From NCBI GenBank assembly GCA_964552485.1, contig CAZKHH010000004.1, positions 1 through 42,195 of the forward strand: a stretch of 42,195 bases of DNA, in the 5' to 3' direction. This DNA is from an uncultured Dehalococcoidales bacterium. Lineage in GTDB: Bacteria; Chloroflexota; Dehalococcoidia; GIF9; AB-539-J10. Position 1 is the first letter of the stretch. The number at the start of each line of letters is the position of its first letter. The notes beneath the pieces were generated by a model, which searched no databases, was not told the origin of the DNA, and was given only the letters and a program-made list of their open reading frames with translations. The position numbers and the translations under genes are program-made. Shown here piece by piece: positions 18,379-26,670 of this stretch.

Positions 18379-19023
18379 CTACTTGGCAACTCTGGCGGCG
18401 AACTCGGGAGCCGTGCGTGCGACCGCATCAATCAGTTCTTCATCAGGTTCGATGTACGCATACACCACATTCGTGCTGGACGTGTACGATAGGTGTTTGA
18501 TCCTGCCGTAGTCATCTGCACGAAGGTCTTCAGCCCAGCGCACGATTTCTTTCTCTCCCCTTGAGTCGATGGAGAGCAGGCGGAATTCCACGCCACCTAT
18601 CGTTACGTCCTGGCTGCGGAGCTTCTCCATATCCTCTATGCCTGCAGGTAACACTCTATACATTCCCTTCTTGATCAGATGCGCCTCGCCGGGAAGGCTC
18701 TGCTTGCATTCGAAGACCATATACAGCTTGTCGGTCGGCATAGTGAAACGGGCGATCGGGAGGTAGAGGATACTCATACGTGGCCGGAGGTGGAGCGTGG
18801 CCTTGACTTCTTTGACGATGGGGTCCTTCACTTTAAACGTTGCGCGGTACCCCACGTACCCTCCGACCCACGTGTAGTCCTGGTCAATCGGCTTCAATGA
18901 CCTTTCAAGAGCATTCGCGTAGATCTTCATGAGCGTCGCGTTTGCCTTTCTGCCCATGAAATACCACGCCGTAACTCCCACCGCAGCCGCGATGAGAAGA
19001 GGGAGGACCCAAGTGCCATCCAT
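18379..19023 (-). CDS. Membrane-anchored hypothetical protein (N-terminal TM; resembles CCDC47/DUF1682)
   Basis: 214 aa from the ATG at 19023 (AAAGGA SD): one N-terminal TM ending WYFMGRKAN, then a soluble alpha/beta domain. The CDS is well supported; the CCDC47 likeness is by eye only. Confidence 0.75.
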   Translation of the reverse strand: MDGTWVLPLLIAAAVGVTAWYFMGRKANATLMKIYANALERSLKPIDQDYTWVGGYVGYRATFKVKDPIVKEVKATLHLRPRMSILYLPIARFTMPTDKLYMVFECKQSLPGEAHLIKKGMYRVLPAGIEDMEKLRSQDVTIGGVEFRLLSIDSRGEKEIVRWAEDLRADDYGRIKHLSYTSSTNVVYAYIEPDEELIDAVARTAPEFAARVAK

Positions 19024-19063
19024 AGCTGCGTGTCCTTTCTCGTGAGCGAGTTCCTGCGCCTTT

Positions 19064-20023
19064 CTAGCTGCTGCAGGAAGAAGGAACCCACGAATCGAAA
19101 TCGAGGCCGTTTTCCACACCGGCTATAGCCGCAAGACCAACCGGTTCGTCGGCAAGAAACGGCAGGGTGTGCACCGGCATACGAAATGTTTCACGAATCT
19201 CAGCGACCGCAGATGCGTCGGAGTTACGTACGCCGACCTTGTTCACGACTATCGGACCAATGGACATGCCAAGCTCACGCAGGCGGTCGAAGGCCCTGCG
19301 TGTCTCGAAGACGGAAAGCGTATCAGGATTCATTACCGGCATTATTCGGCTACGCCTCTCATCTGACTGCAACTGGTCAAGAAAGCGCATCCTCTGAAGA
19401 TAGCCGTTCAGTTCCTTCATCACCGGGTCTTTGTTCTCCTCATCGGGGAGATCATGCTCCTTCCCTTCCAGGACGAAGCGCCGCTGACCATGTATGGAAG
19501 AAATCATCTTGCGCCGATCGAGTATCTCCTTCCGCAGCCTGCCGATGCGCTCGCCCCACAGCACGGAGACCCGCGGGAGAGCGAGTACGCGAAGAGTAAG
19601 GCCGGTTGGCGGCGTATCGAACACGAGCATGCCGAAACGACCTTCGGCCGAACGAATCACGGTCTCCATCGCTTCCAGCGTCGCGTACTCTTCGATGCCA
19701 GGTGAAAGCCGGAGCGCATCGAGGTAGCCTTCGAGATTGATGGTCTTCACATAGCCGTACATCTTCTTGAGCTTATCGGCGCTGTGTTTCAGATAGCGGC
19801 CGACAGCGGCATCCATGTCGATCTCGCTGGCCGAGAGATTCTGAGAGACTTCCGTTGCTTTGTCGTCCAGCCGCCGATCCAGTACATCGCCAAGGTTGTG
19901 CGCCGGGTCCAGTGAAACGACCAAGGTGGGCGTAATGCGACTGCAATGAAGAGCGAGCGCCGCCGCGCACGTGGTCTTGCCGACGCCGCCTTTGCCTATC
20001 GAGTACGTTACGGTCAGTGCCAT
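19064..20023 (-). CDS. ArsA/Get3 (TRC40) family ATPase, single nucleotide-binding domain
   Basis: Deviant Walker A GKGGVGKTT, switch I SLDPAHNLGD, PGIEE, switch II DTPPTGLTLRVL and VVNK; 319 aa from the ATG at 20023. Confidence 0.92.
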   Translation of the reverse strand: MALTVTYSIGKGGVGKTTCAAALALHCSRITPTLVVSLDPAHNLGDVLDRRLDDKATEVSQNLSASEIDMDAAVGRYLKHSADKLKKMYGYVKTINLEGYLDALRLSPGIEEYATLEAMETVIRSAEGRFGMLVFDTPPTGLTLRVLALPRVSVLWGERIGRLRKEILDRRKMISSIHGQRRFVLEGKEHDLPDEENKDPVMKELNGYLQRMRFLDQLQSDERRSRIMPVMNPDTLSVFETRRAFDRLRELGMSIGPIVVNKVGVRNSDASAVAEIRETFRMPVHTLPFLADEPVGLAAIAGVENGLDFDSWVPSSCSS

Positions 20024-20030
20024 CGCTTCT

Positions 20031-20300
20031 CTAGTCCATGAACAAGCCGCATACTTCGCCGGCAATGTCATCCAGATCGCCTGCCCGTCTTCCCATAACA
20101 TGCAGTTCGCGCACCATGTGCGGCATCAGACGTACTGAGAGGTCGGTTGGAGGACTTGCAACCCCAAGGAATGAGGAGAACAGAAGCAGGGCTAAGATAT
20201 TTTCCCGCTCCCTGAGCTCAAACTCAACATACTCAGTGGAGTGAGATCTTAGCCCGCTTCCGAACTCACGTATGACTTGCCATATGCGCCTGAATATCAA
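20031..20300 (-). CDS. Small CstA/ArsA-associated protein with one hydrophobic segment
   Basis: 89 aa with ERENILALLLFSSFLGVASPP, packed between cstA (5-nt gap) and the ATPase (7-nt gap). Confidence 0.75.
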   Translation of the reverse strand: MIFRRIWQVIREFGSGLRSHSTEYVEFELRERENILALLLFSSFLGVASPPTDLSVRLMPHMVRELHVMGRRAGDLDDIAGEVCGLFMD

Positions 20301-20305
20301 CGTGG

Positions 20306-21976
20306 CTACTTCTGCGGTCCTCGCTTCAAGGCGCTGAGCGCCTCAATAAGCAGTATGACCGCCAGGATAATCAGTACTACCATGAAGCCGATAGTCAGCG
20401 CGCTCGCAGAACCCGCCATCACCATTACGTACCAGATCATGGCAGCGAACACAGTCACCCAGAGGAAGAACGCCGGAATCAGCGTTATCCAGCATTTCTG
20501 ACCGCCCCTGAGGATGTTGGTCGAAAACACGCACGCTGCAATGAGCGCTACAGCGGCAAGCATCTGGTTGGCAGCACCAAACGCGGCCCAAATGGCTGAG
20601 AATAGTCCGCCCGTAGTCGCTACGTACACGCCGATGCCACCGGCGAGAATAGAGGCCAGCCAGCGATTGACAAGGAATGTGTAGGCACCACCGGACCGCG
20701 ACGGTATGACCCGGTCCCAGAAGTCGACCCAGGCGAAGCGTCCTAGCCGACAGGTGGTATCCAGCGAGGTCAGGGCAAAGGCTGAGACCACCAGGGATGC
20801 GAACACTGTCCCGAAAGTGACGGACAGGCCGAATGCCTGGTTCGCGCCCATGGCATATGCCTCACTGAATTGTGGAATGCCCAGGGGTGTCCATCCCTGG
20901 ACGCCGACTTCTGCTGCGGTGACACCAGCAACCTGTAAGCCGAAGGCACCGAGAGACGCTATCACGATAGTAGAGAGAAATCCCTCCGTGAGCATTCCGC
21001 CATAGCCTATCCGCAGGGCATGAACTTCGTTATCCAGCATCTTTGATGTGGTGCCCGACCCGACGATTGCGTGGAAACCTGACAGGGAGCCGCACGCGAT
21101 AATCAGCGGCACAGTGGGCCAGAAGGGCGACGGTTTGCCGCCAATCGTGTAGGCGGAGAAGTCGGTGAAGGCGGGCCAGGTCAGCGGCTCATTGATGATG
21201 AGGAAGGCAACACCGCCAACCGCCAGGAATGCAACCAGAAGATACGAATTCAGGTAGTCCCTGGGCTGCAGGAGTATGGTGACCGGCAACGCAGCCGCCA
21301 GGATGATGTAGACCAGCAGGATAAGCATCCAAGTATTCTGGGGCAGAGAAAGAGGTATCGATTGCGAGCCGATTATGGCCGCAATAAGCAACACCAGCCC
21401 GATCACGGTCCACACTACCAGGCTCTGCTTTCTCCAATAAAGGAAATAGCCCATGATTACGGCGATCACGATGAAGAGGACAGACGCCGTGGCTACTGAG
21501 GGTATGCTGGCAAATGTGCTGGATACGACGTTCGTGAATGCAGCGATAATCAGAATCATCGCTATATACACAAAGATGCCGAATATGATGGTTACGCGGG
21601 GTTTCATTACGTCACCCGCGATCCACTGCACCGACCTGCCGTCGTAACGCACAGAAGAGACAAGCGCCATGAAGTCGTGGACCGCACCGATGAACGCATT
21701 GCCGAACCAGATCCAGAGGATGGATGCGCCCCAGCCCCAGGTAATACCTACGATAGGGCCTACGATGGGACCCGCTCCGGCAATCGATGCGAAATGGTGA
21801 CCAAACACAACCGGCCACTTGGTGGGAACATAGTCCACGCCGTCATTCAGCCGGTTTGCCGGGGTCACGTTCTTCGAATCGAGCTTCGCTACGTCTCTGG
21901 CGATGCGCTTGCCGTACAGTAGATAGACAAGTACATAGATGATGGCCGCCAGGATAATCATCAAGGTCGTACTCAA
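20306..21976 (-). CDS. cstA: Carbon starvation protein A family transporter
   Basis: TPANRLNDGVDYVPT, FGHHFASIAGAGPIVGP, GAVHDF, LLQPRDYLN, IACGSLSGFH, GYGGMLTEG, TSLDT and FGAANQ. TTG start follows AAGGAGGTGA. Confidence 0.96.
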   Translation of the reverse strand: MSTTLMIILAAIIYVLVYLLYGKRIARDVAKLDSKNVTPANRLNDGVDYVPTKWPVVFGHHFASIAGAGPIVGPIVGITWGWGASILWIWFGNAFIGAVHDFMALVSSVRYDGRSVQWIAGDVMKPRVTIIFGIFVYIAMILIIAAFTNVVSSTFASIPSVATASVLFIVIAVIMGYFLYWRKQSLVVWTVIGLVLLIAAIIGSQSIPLSLPQNTWMLILLVYIILAAALPVTILLQPRDYLNSYLLVAFLAVGGVAFLIINEPLTWPAFTDFSAYTIGGKPSPFWPTVPLIIACGSLSGFHAIVGSGTTSKMLDNEVHALRIGYGGMLTEGFLSTIVIASLGAFGLQVAGVTAAEVGVQGWTPLGIPQFSEAYAMGANQAFGLSVTFGTVFASLVVSAFALTSLDTTCRLGRFAWVDFWDRVIPSRSGGAYTFLVNRWLASILAGGIGVYVATTGGLFSAIWAAFGAANQMLAAVALIAACVFSTNILRGGQKCWITLIPAFFLWVTVFAAMIWYVMVMAGSASALTIGFMVVLIILAVILLIEALSALKRGPQK

Positions 21977-22150
21977 TGCATCACCTCCTTACACACACTT
22001 AGACCCAGATGGGGGGGCAAGTAGAGGGAAAGGCAAGACAACAGGACATTGCGGGGAACGGATACACCAACGCTGCTACATAGGCATTCACCTCCGCGGT
22101 TGGCCATCGGTCGTATATGCTATATCGCGATGCGATGCTTCAGCCAAGTC

Positions 22151-22179
22151 ATACTAAATCGACCCTTCGCATGTGTCAA
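22151..22179 (-). promoter_or_regulatory. Sigma70-type promoter of the cstA operon
   Basis: TTGACA-17 nt-TAGTAT on the minus strand, implying a leader of roughly 170 nt. Confidence 0.65.
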
Positions 22180-22306
22180 TAGGTACAGGCTCTTTTGTAC
22201 GGGTTTCCTCTCGATTCTGTCTGCAGCATCGACTTACCGTGGTATACTGCCCTCGGCGTTCTGAACCCGTTCCGAACGCGAGGCATCGAGACCGAAGGTT
22301 TCCGCC

Positions 22307-23692
22307 ATGCATACAGGCGGCACACGAGAAAAGCTCCTCTCCCTGTACAGGGATACTATCCTGCCACTTGCGGACGCCTACCAAGCAACACGCAGACATC
22401 TTCGATGGGACCCGGGAAGTGACACTCTTTTCGTGGGCGACCGTTCCTACCCGCTTTCGTCGATGGGCCGGATCTTCCTCGCAGGCGCGGGGAAAGCCGG
22501 CGTACCAATGGCGAAGGCCGTCGTAGACGTGCTAAGGCAGGACGAGCGACTCTGGGCACGATTTGCGGGAGGCTCAGTCAACGTGTACCGCGAGCAGGCG
22601 CGCGAATCGGTTCCCGGGGTCACGTTCTATCCTGCAGACCATCCGACTCCTAACGAATACAGCGTAGCCGGAGCGCGCGCAGCGGTCGACCTGCTGTCAA
22701 CAACCCGGCCGGACGATCTCGTGCTCGCAGTCATATCCGGCGGAGGCTCTGCCCTCCTGACTCTGCCGCAGGAAGGCATGTCACTTGATGACCTCCGAGC
22801 TGCTAATCGAGTTCTAGTAACCGGTGGTCCTTCGATACAGGAGATCAACACTGTACGCAAGCACCTGTGTAGAGTAAAGGGAGGCGGCCTCAGGATGGCC
22901 GCACCGTCCGCCCGCTTTGCAACGCTTATCCTGTCAGATGTAATTGGGGACGACCTTTCAAGCATCGCTTCCGGGCCAACCGTACAAGACTCTTCGACCT
23001 GTGCCGATGCCGTATCCGTGCTCCAATCTTACTCGCTGCTTGAACGTATGCCTGCTGTGGCCCGCGCCTGCCTTCTCCGGTCTGAACCCGAAGAGGAGAC
23101 ATGGAGCGCACGATGGAAAGAACTCATAGGCCGCACGCAGACGGTGATTGTCGCCTCGAACGCAGTCATTCTTGAAGAGCTTGCCCGTACCTTAGCGACC
23201 GACGAGGCCCACAAGGCCGGATTACACGTCATCCTGGAGCCCGTGCCGGTCACTGGGGCGGTTTCGCAGATCAGTGCAGAGCACGCCCGGCACTGCGAGG
23301 AACTGCTCCGAAAGACCGGTGGGCCTCTCAGCGTTCTCTTCGGCGGAGAACCGGTAGTTGCCGTGCCTGAAGGCGCTGAAGGAACCGGAGGCCGTATGCT
23401 CCACTACGCGGTGCTCGCCGCACAGCAGATTGCCGGCACAGATTGGGCCGTCCTGGCGTCAGGCACCGACGGAATCGACGGCACAGCTCCAGCTGCCGGA
23501 GCCGTCGTGGACGGAGACACTGCTCGACTCTCGGCAGAGATAAGACTCAACGCCACCCGATATCTTGAACAATTCGACTCATACGGGTTCTTCTGTGCCC
23601 TCGAAGAACGCTCGGGCGAGCGTTTCCTTAATGCGCCCGGCCCCACTGGCACAAACGTGAATGATATAATGCTGTGGTTTCATGGAACATAA
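22307..23692 (+). CDS. Glycerate kinase type-2 / MOFRL (DUF4147) family protein
   Basis: GAGKA, DHPTP, ISGGGSAL, EINTVRKHL..VKGG, LSDVIGD..IASGPT, GTDGIDG and PTGTNVND. Confidence 0.88.
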   Translation: MHTGGTREKLLSLYRDTILPLADAYQATRRHLRWDPGSDTLFVGDRSYPLSSMGRIFLAGAGKAGVPMAKAVVDVLRQDERLWARFAGGSVNVYREQARESVPGVTFYPADHPTPNEYSVAGARAAVDLLSTTRPDDLVLAVISGGGSALLTLPQEGMSLDDLRAANRVLVTGGPSIQEINTVRKHLCRVKGGGLRMAAPSARFATLILSDVIGDDLSSIASGPTVQDSSTCADAVSVLQSYSLLERMPAVARACLLRSEPEEETWSARWKELIGRTQTVIVASNAVILEELARTLATDEAHKAGLHVILEPVPVTGAVSQISAEHARHCEELLRKTGGPLSVLFGGEPVVAVPEGAEGTGGRMLHYAVLAAQQIAGTDWAVLASGTDGIDGTAPAAGAVVDGDTARLSAEIRLNATRYLEQFDSYGFFCALEERSGERFLNAPGPTGTNVNDIMLWFHGT

Positions 23693-23716
23693 TGTGTTTG
23701 TCCGAAAGGAGTAGGA

Positions 23717-24022
23717 ATGGAGAAGAAGGCCATCGTACTGAACAGCAAGGATAATGTCGCTACGGCGCTCGCCGACATGGCACAGGGCGACTCGGTGGAG
23801 CTGGAAGTGGACAAGAAGCCCGTATCGGTGAAACTGGTGAACCCGATTCAATTCGGTCACAAGTTCAGCCTGATCGACATCCCGAGTGGCTCGCCCATCT
23901 TGAAGTACGGAGAGGTCATAGGAGAAGCAACGAAGGACATCAAGACCGGTGAACACGTGCATGTCCACAATGTTGCCAGCACTCGTGGCCGCGGCGACGT
24001 CGTGAAGGGCGCAGCGAAATGA
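23717..24022 (+). CDS. UxaA-family dehydratase small (SAF-domain) subunit, SuyA-like
   Basis: DNVATAL, IQFGHKFSL, ILKYGEVIG and GEHVHVHN; the stop overlaps the next ATG (ATGA). Confidence 0.9.
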   Translation: MEKKAIVLNSKDNVATALADMAQGDSVELEVDKKPVSVKLVNPIQFGHKFSLIDIPSGSPILKYGEVIGEATKDIKTGEHVHVHNVASTRGRGDVVKGAAK

Positions 24023-25173
24023 GCTTCTTCGGCTACCCGCGTTCCGATGGTTCAGTAGGCACGCGCAACTACGTCGCGGTTATCCCTACTGTCGTCTGCG
24101 CGACAGCTACGGCACGCCAGGTGGCCAACAACGTAAAGGGGGCGGTCCCCTTTTTGCACCAGCAGGGCTGTGCCCTTGCCCCGTATGACCTCGACCTTGT
24201 GAACCGCACTCTGCTGAATCTGGCCCTCAACCCCAATATTTACTCGGTGATTCTTATCAGCCTCGGCTGCGACCCGGTCGACATCGACGGAATCGCTGAG
24301 GGCATAGCGAAGGCCGGCAAGCCCGTAGAGAAGCTCGTCATCCAGGAAGTCGGGGGTACGCTTGCGACCGTAGAAAAGGGCACGCGCATCGCTCGCACGA
24401 TGGTCGGTGATGCCACGCGCATCGTACGTGAGGAATTCGACGACTGCAGGCTCATGTTCGGCGCGGAATGCGGCGGCTCCGACACGACCTCGGGCCTTGG
24501 TGCCAATCCTGCTATCGGTGCCGCATTCGATATCCTGGTGCGAAAGGGCGGAGACGCGGTATTCAGCGAAACCACCGAATTCATCGGTGCTGAACACCTT
24601 CTCGCACAACGTGCAGTCACTCCCGAGGTAGGGAACAAGATTACCTCAATGGTCCGACGTTACGAAGAGCGGTTCCTTGAGAAGGGCGTCGACATGCGTG
24701 GTGCAAATCCCACCAAGGGAAACATTCAGGGCGGACTCACCACCATCGAAGAGAAGTCTCTCGGCGCAGTTTCCAAGGGCGGTTCGGAGATTATCCAGGA
24801 GATGTACGAATACGGCGAGAGGCCAACGAAGCGAGGCTTAACGATTGTCGATGGCCCGGGCTTCGACGCCCCGTCTTTAACTGCCATGGCCGCTGCGGGG
24901 GCGACCGTAATGTTCTTCTCTACCGGCCGTGGCACGCCCCTGGGTTCTCCGTTCGTCCCGGTAATCAAGGTGACGGCGAACGCCTCCACGTTTGAACGAA
25001 TGAACGACAATATCGATTTCTATGTGGACCTCGCCAGGAAGGACAGCATCAAGGAGATTGGCGAATCACTGTATGGTCACGCCCTTGAAGTTGCTTCCGG
25101 CATGCAGACGAAATCTGAGATATTGAATCAGGACATAGACAACGGCATTTTCATTCTAGGCCCACTCGCGTAG
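24019..25173 (+). CDS. UxaA-family dehydratase/sulfo-lyase catalytic subunit (altronate dehydratase / SuyB-like)
   Basis: GYPRSDGSVGTRN, HQQGC, SLGC, ECGGSDTTSG, SETTEFIGAE, GNIQGGLTTIEEKSLG and FSTGRG. Confidence 0.9.
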   Translation: MSFFGYPRSDGSVGTRNYVAVIPTVVCATATARQVANNVKGAVPFLHQQGCALAPYDLDLVNRTLLNLALNPNIYSVILISLGCDPVDIDGIAEGIAKAGKPVEKLVIQEVGGTLATVEKGTRIARTMVGDATRIVREEFDDCRLMFGAECGGSDTTSGLGANPAIGAAFDILVRKGGDAVFSETTEFIGAEHLLAQRAVTPEVGNKITSMVRRYEERFLEKGVDMRGANPTKGNIQGGLTTIEEKSLGAVSKGGSEIIQEMYEYGERPTKRGLTIVDGPGFDAPSLTAMAAAGATVMFFSTGRGTPLGSPFVPVIKVTANASTFERMNDNIDFYVDLARKDSIKEIGESLYGHALEVASGMQTKSEILNQDIDNGIFILGPLA

Positions 25174-25199
25174 AAGCGTGTGGCGTAAGGAGTAAGCGA

Positions 25200-26438
25200 A
25201 TGGCAAAAATAGGCGTTCCACAACTCGCCTGGTACGGCGACACCGAACTCGAACTCGATTTCCCCGATTCCTGGGAGGTCAACGTTCTCAAGCACAACGG
25301 CGACGGAGCTCCTGCGCTCGACGACGCAGGCTTCCGAAAGGCGCTGGCAAACCCCATCGGCGCCAAGCCGATCCGCGAGGGAGCAAAGGGCAAGAAAGAG
25401 GTCTGCATCCTCTTCGATGACATGTCCAGGGCTACACCGAGCGCGGATATCATCCCCTACGTGCTTGAGGAACTCGCGGCAGCCGGAATTCAGGATAACC
25501 AGATTCGCTTCATCGCCGCCATAGGAGCCCACGGCTCGATGAACGGCATAGACTTCACCAAGAAGCTGGGCCAGGATGTTATGGCCCGCTTCCCCGTTTA
25601 CAATCACAACCCTTTCGAGAACTGCACTCCGGTCGGGCCGAGTCCCTCGGGCATTCCGATGGAGTTCAACGCCGAGTACATGCGCTGTGACTACAAGATA
25701 GGCATCGGAGCGATAGTCCCACACCCCATGTCGGGCTTCGGCGGCGGCAGCAAAATCATCCTGCCCGGCGTGTCGTCGATCAAGACAATCGACCTGAATC
25801 ACACGCGACTATGCCCTGTCGCAGACCGTGTTGGCAAAATCGAAGGAAACACGATGAAGGCCGACCTCAACGACGCAGCACGGATGGCGGGCCTTGACTT
25901 CAAGGTTGACTGCATTTACAACCTGAAGCGGCAGGTCACTCATCTCTTTGCCGGCGATGTCATCGAGGAGCACGAGGCGGGCGTAATGGTGGCCCGGGAT
26001 TATTGGGCGACTGCCGCGACAAATGATTACGACATCGTTGTGGCCAACAGCTTTTCGAAGGCCAACGAGGCGCTGCTTGCTGCCGGCTTCACCGCGCCTC
26101 TTCTCAAAGAGAGCGGCGGCGACATGGTGCTGCTCGTTATAACCCCGGAGGGACAGATCAATCACTACTGGAGCAGGAGCTTCGGTAAGAATCTCGGCGG
26201 CCGCTCGTTCCGCCCGAAGAACGCCCTGCCGCCCAACACAAAGAGGCTCACCATGATGCAGCCCTACCCCGACTTTGTCGGTGCTGACTGGGTGGCCCCC
26301 TACGAGATGGTCAACTTCACACGCTCATGGTCCGAGACTCTTGCGCAGCTCAAGGAAACGTGGGGTGCGACAGCAAAGGTGGGCGTGATACCTGATGCAT
26401 CCGTCCAGTACTTCCCCATTCTCGGTTCAGCCTGCTGA
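25200..26438 (+). CDS. LarA-family nickel-pincer (NPN)-dependent 2-hydroxyacid racemase/epimerase
   Basis: ALANPIG, DDMSRATP, GAH, NHNPF and PHPMSGFGGGSKIILPG..IDLNH. Confidence 0.88.
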   Translation: MAKIGVPQLAWYGDTELELDFPDSWEVNVLKHNGDGAPALDDAGFRKALANPIGAKPIREGAKGKKEVCILFDDMSRATPSADIIPYVLEELAAAGIQDNQIRFIAAIGAHGSMNGIDFTKKLGQDVMARFPVYNHNPFENCTPVGPSPSGIPMEFNAEYMRCDYKIGIGAIVPHPMSGFGGGSKIILPGVSSIKTIDLNHTRLCPVADRVGKIEGNTMKADLNDAARMAGLDFKVDCIYNLKRQVTHLFAGDVIEEHEAGVMVARDYWATAATNDYDIVVANSFSKANEALLAAGFTAPLLKESGGDMVLLVITPEGQINHYWSRSFGKNLGGRSFRPKNALPPNTKRLTMMQPYPDFVGADWVAPYEMVNFTRSWSETLAQLKETWGATAKVGVIPDASVQYFPILGSAC

Positions 26439-26463
26439 TCCTGGCACGGGAGCACAGATGCGT

Positions 26464-26504
26464 AAAGGGGGCTCCGGGTGCCAGGTCACCCGGAGCCCTT
26501 TCTG
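26464..26504 (+). terminator. Intrinsic terminator after the larA-like gene
   Basis: AAAGG-GGGCTCCGGGTG-CCAGGT-CACCCGGAGCCC-TTTCTG: a 12-bp stem with a short U-run. Confidence 0.75.
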
Positions 26505-26612
26505 TCAGGACGAGGGAGGAACGCAGGCCGTGTACCCGTACTGCTGCGAGCACGGAACCGCCCGTGCGCCGGCGACGGGCCCCGCTGTTATGTCGTGAAG
26601 CGTACTTTGCTC

Positions 26613-26621
26613 TGGTACAAT
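26613..26621 (+). promoter_or_regulatory. Extended -10 promoter upstream of the MhpD-family gene
   Basis: TGG-TACAAT about 50 nt before the ATG; an AGGAGG SD is present. Confidence 0.45.
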
Positions 26622-26670
26622 ACGCTCGCCATAGCCGGATGTAGCCCGAAAGTATTCGCGAGGAGGTCTT

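Noticed and set aside
19064-20023. Arsenic resistance operon
   Set aside because: No arsR, arsB/acr3, arsC or arsD nearby; the ATPase is single-domain and lacks the metalloid-binding Cys pattern.
21983-22087. UAG-readthrough (pyrrolysine) leader peptide running into the cstA SD
   Set aside because: No pyl genes are in the window and the peptide has no recognisable features; a start-stop element is the simpler reading.
26430-26465. LarA ends ...GSAC-TGA with a small hairpin after it; possible Cys-Sec readthrough
   Set aside because: The hairpin loop is only about 6-8 nt from the UGA, too close for a bacterial SECIS. Readthrough adds only 8 further residues, and the large downstream hairpin is a terminator.
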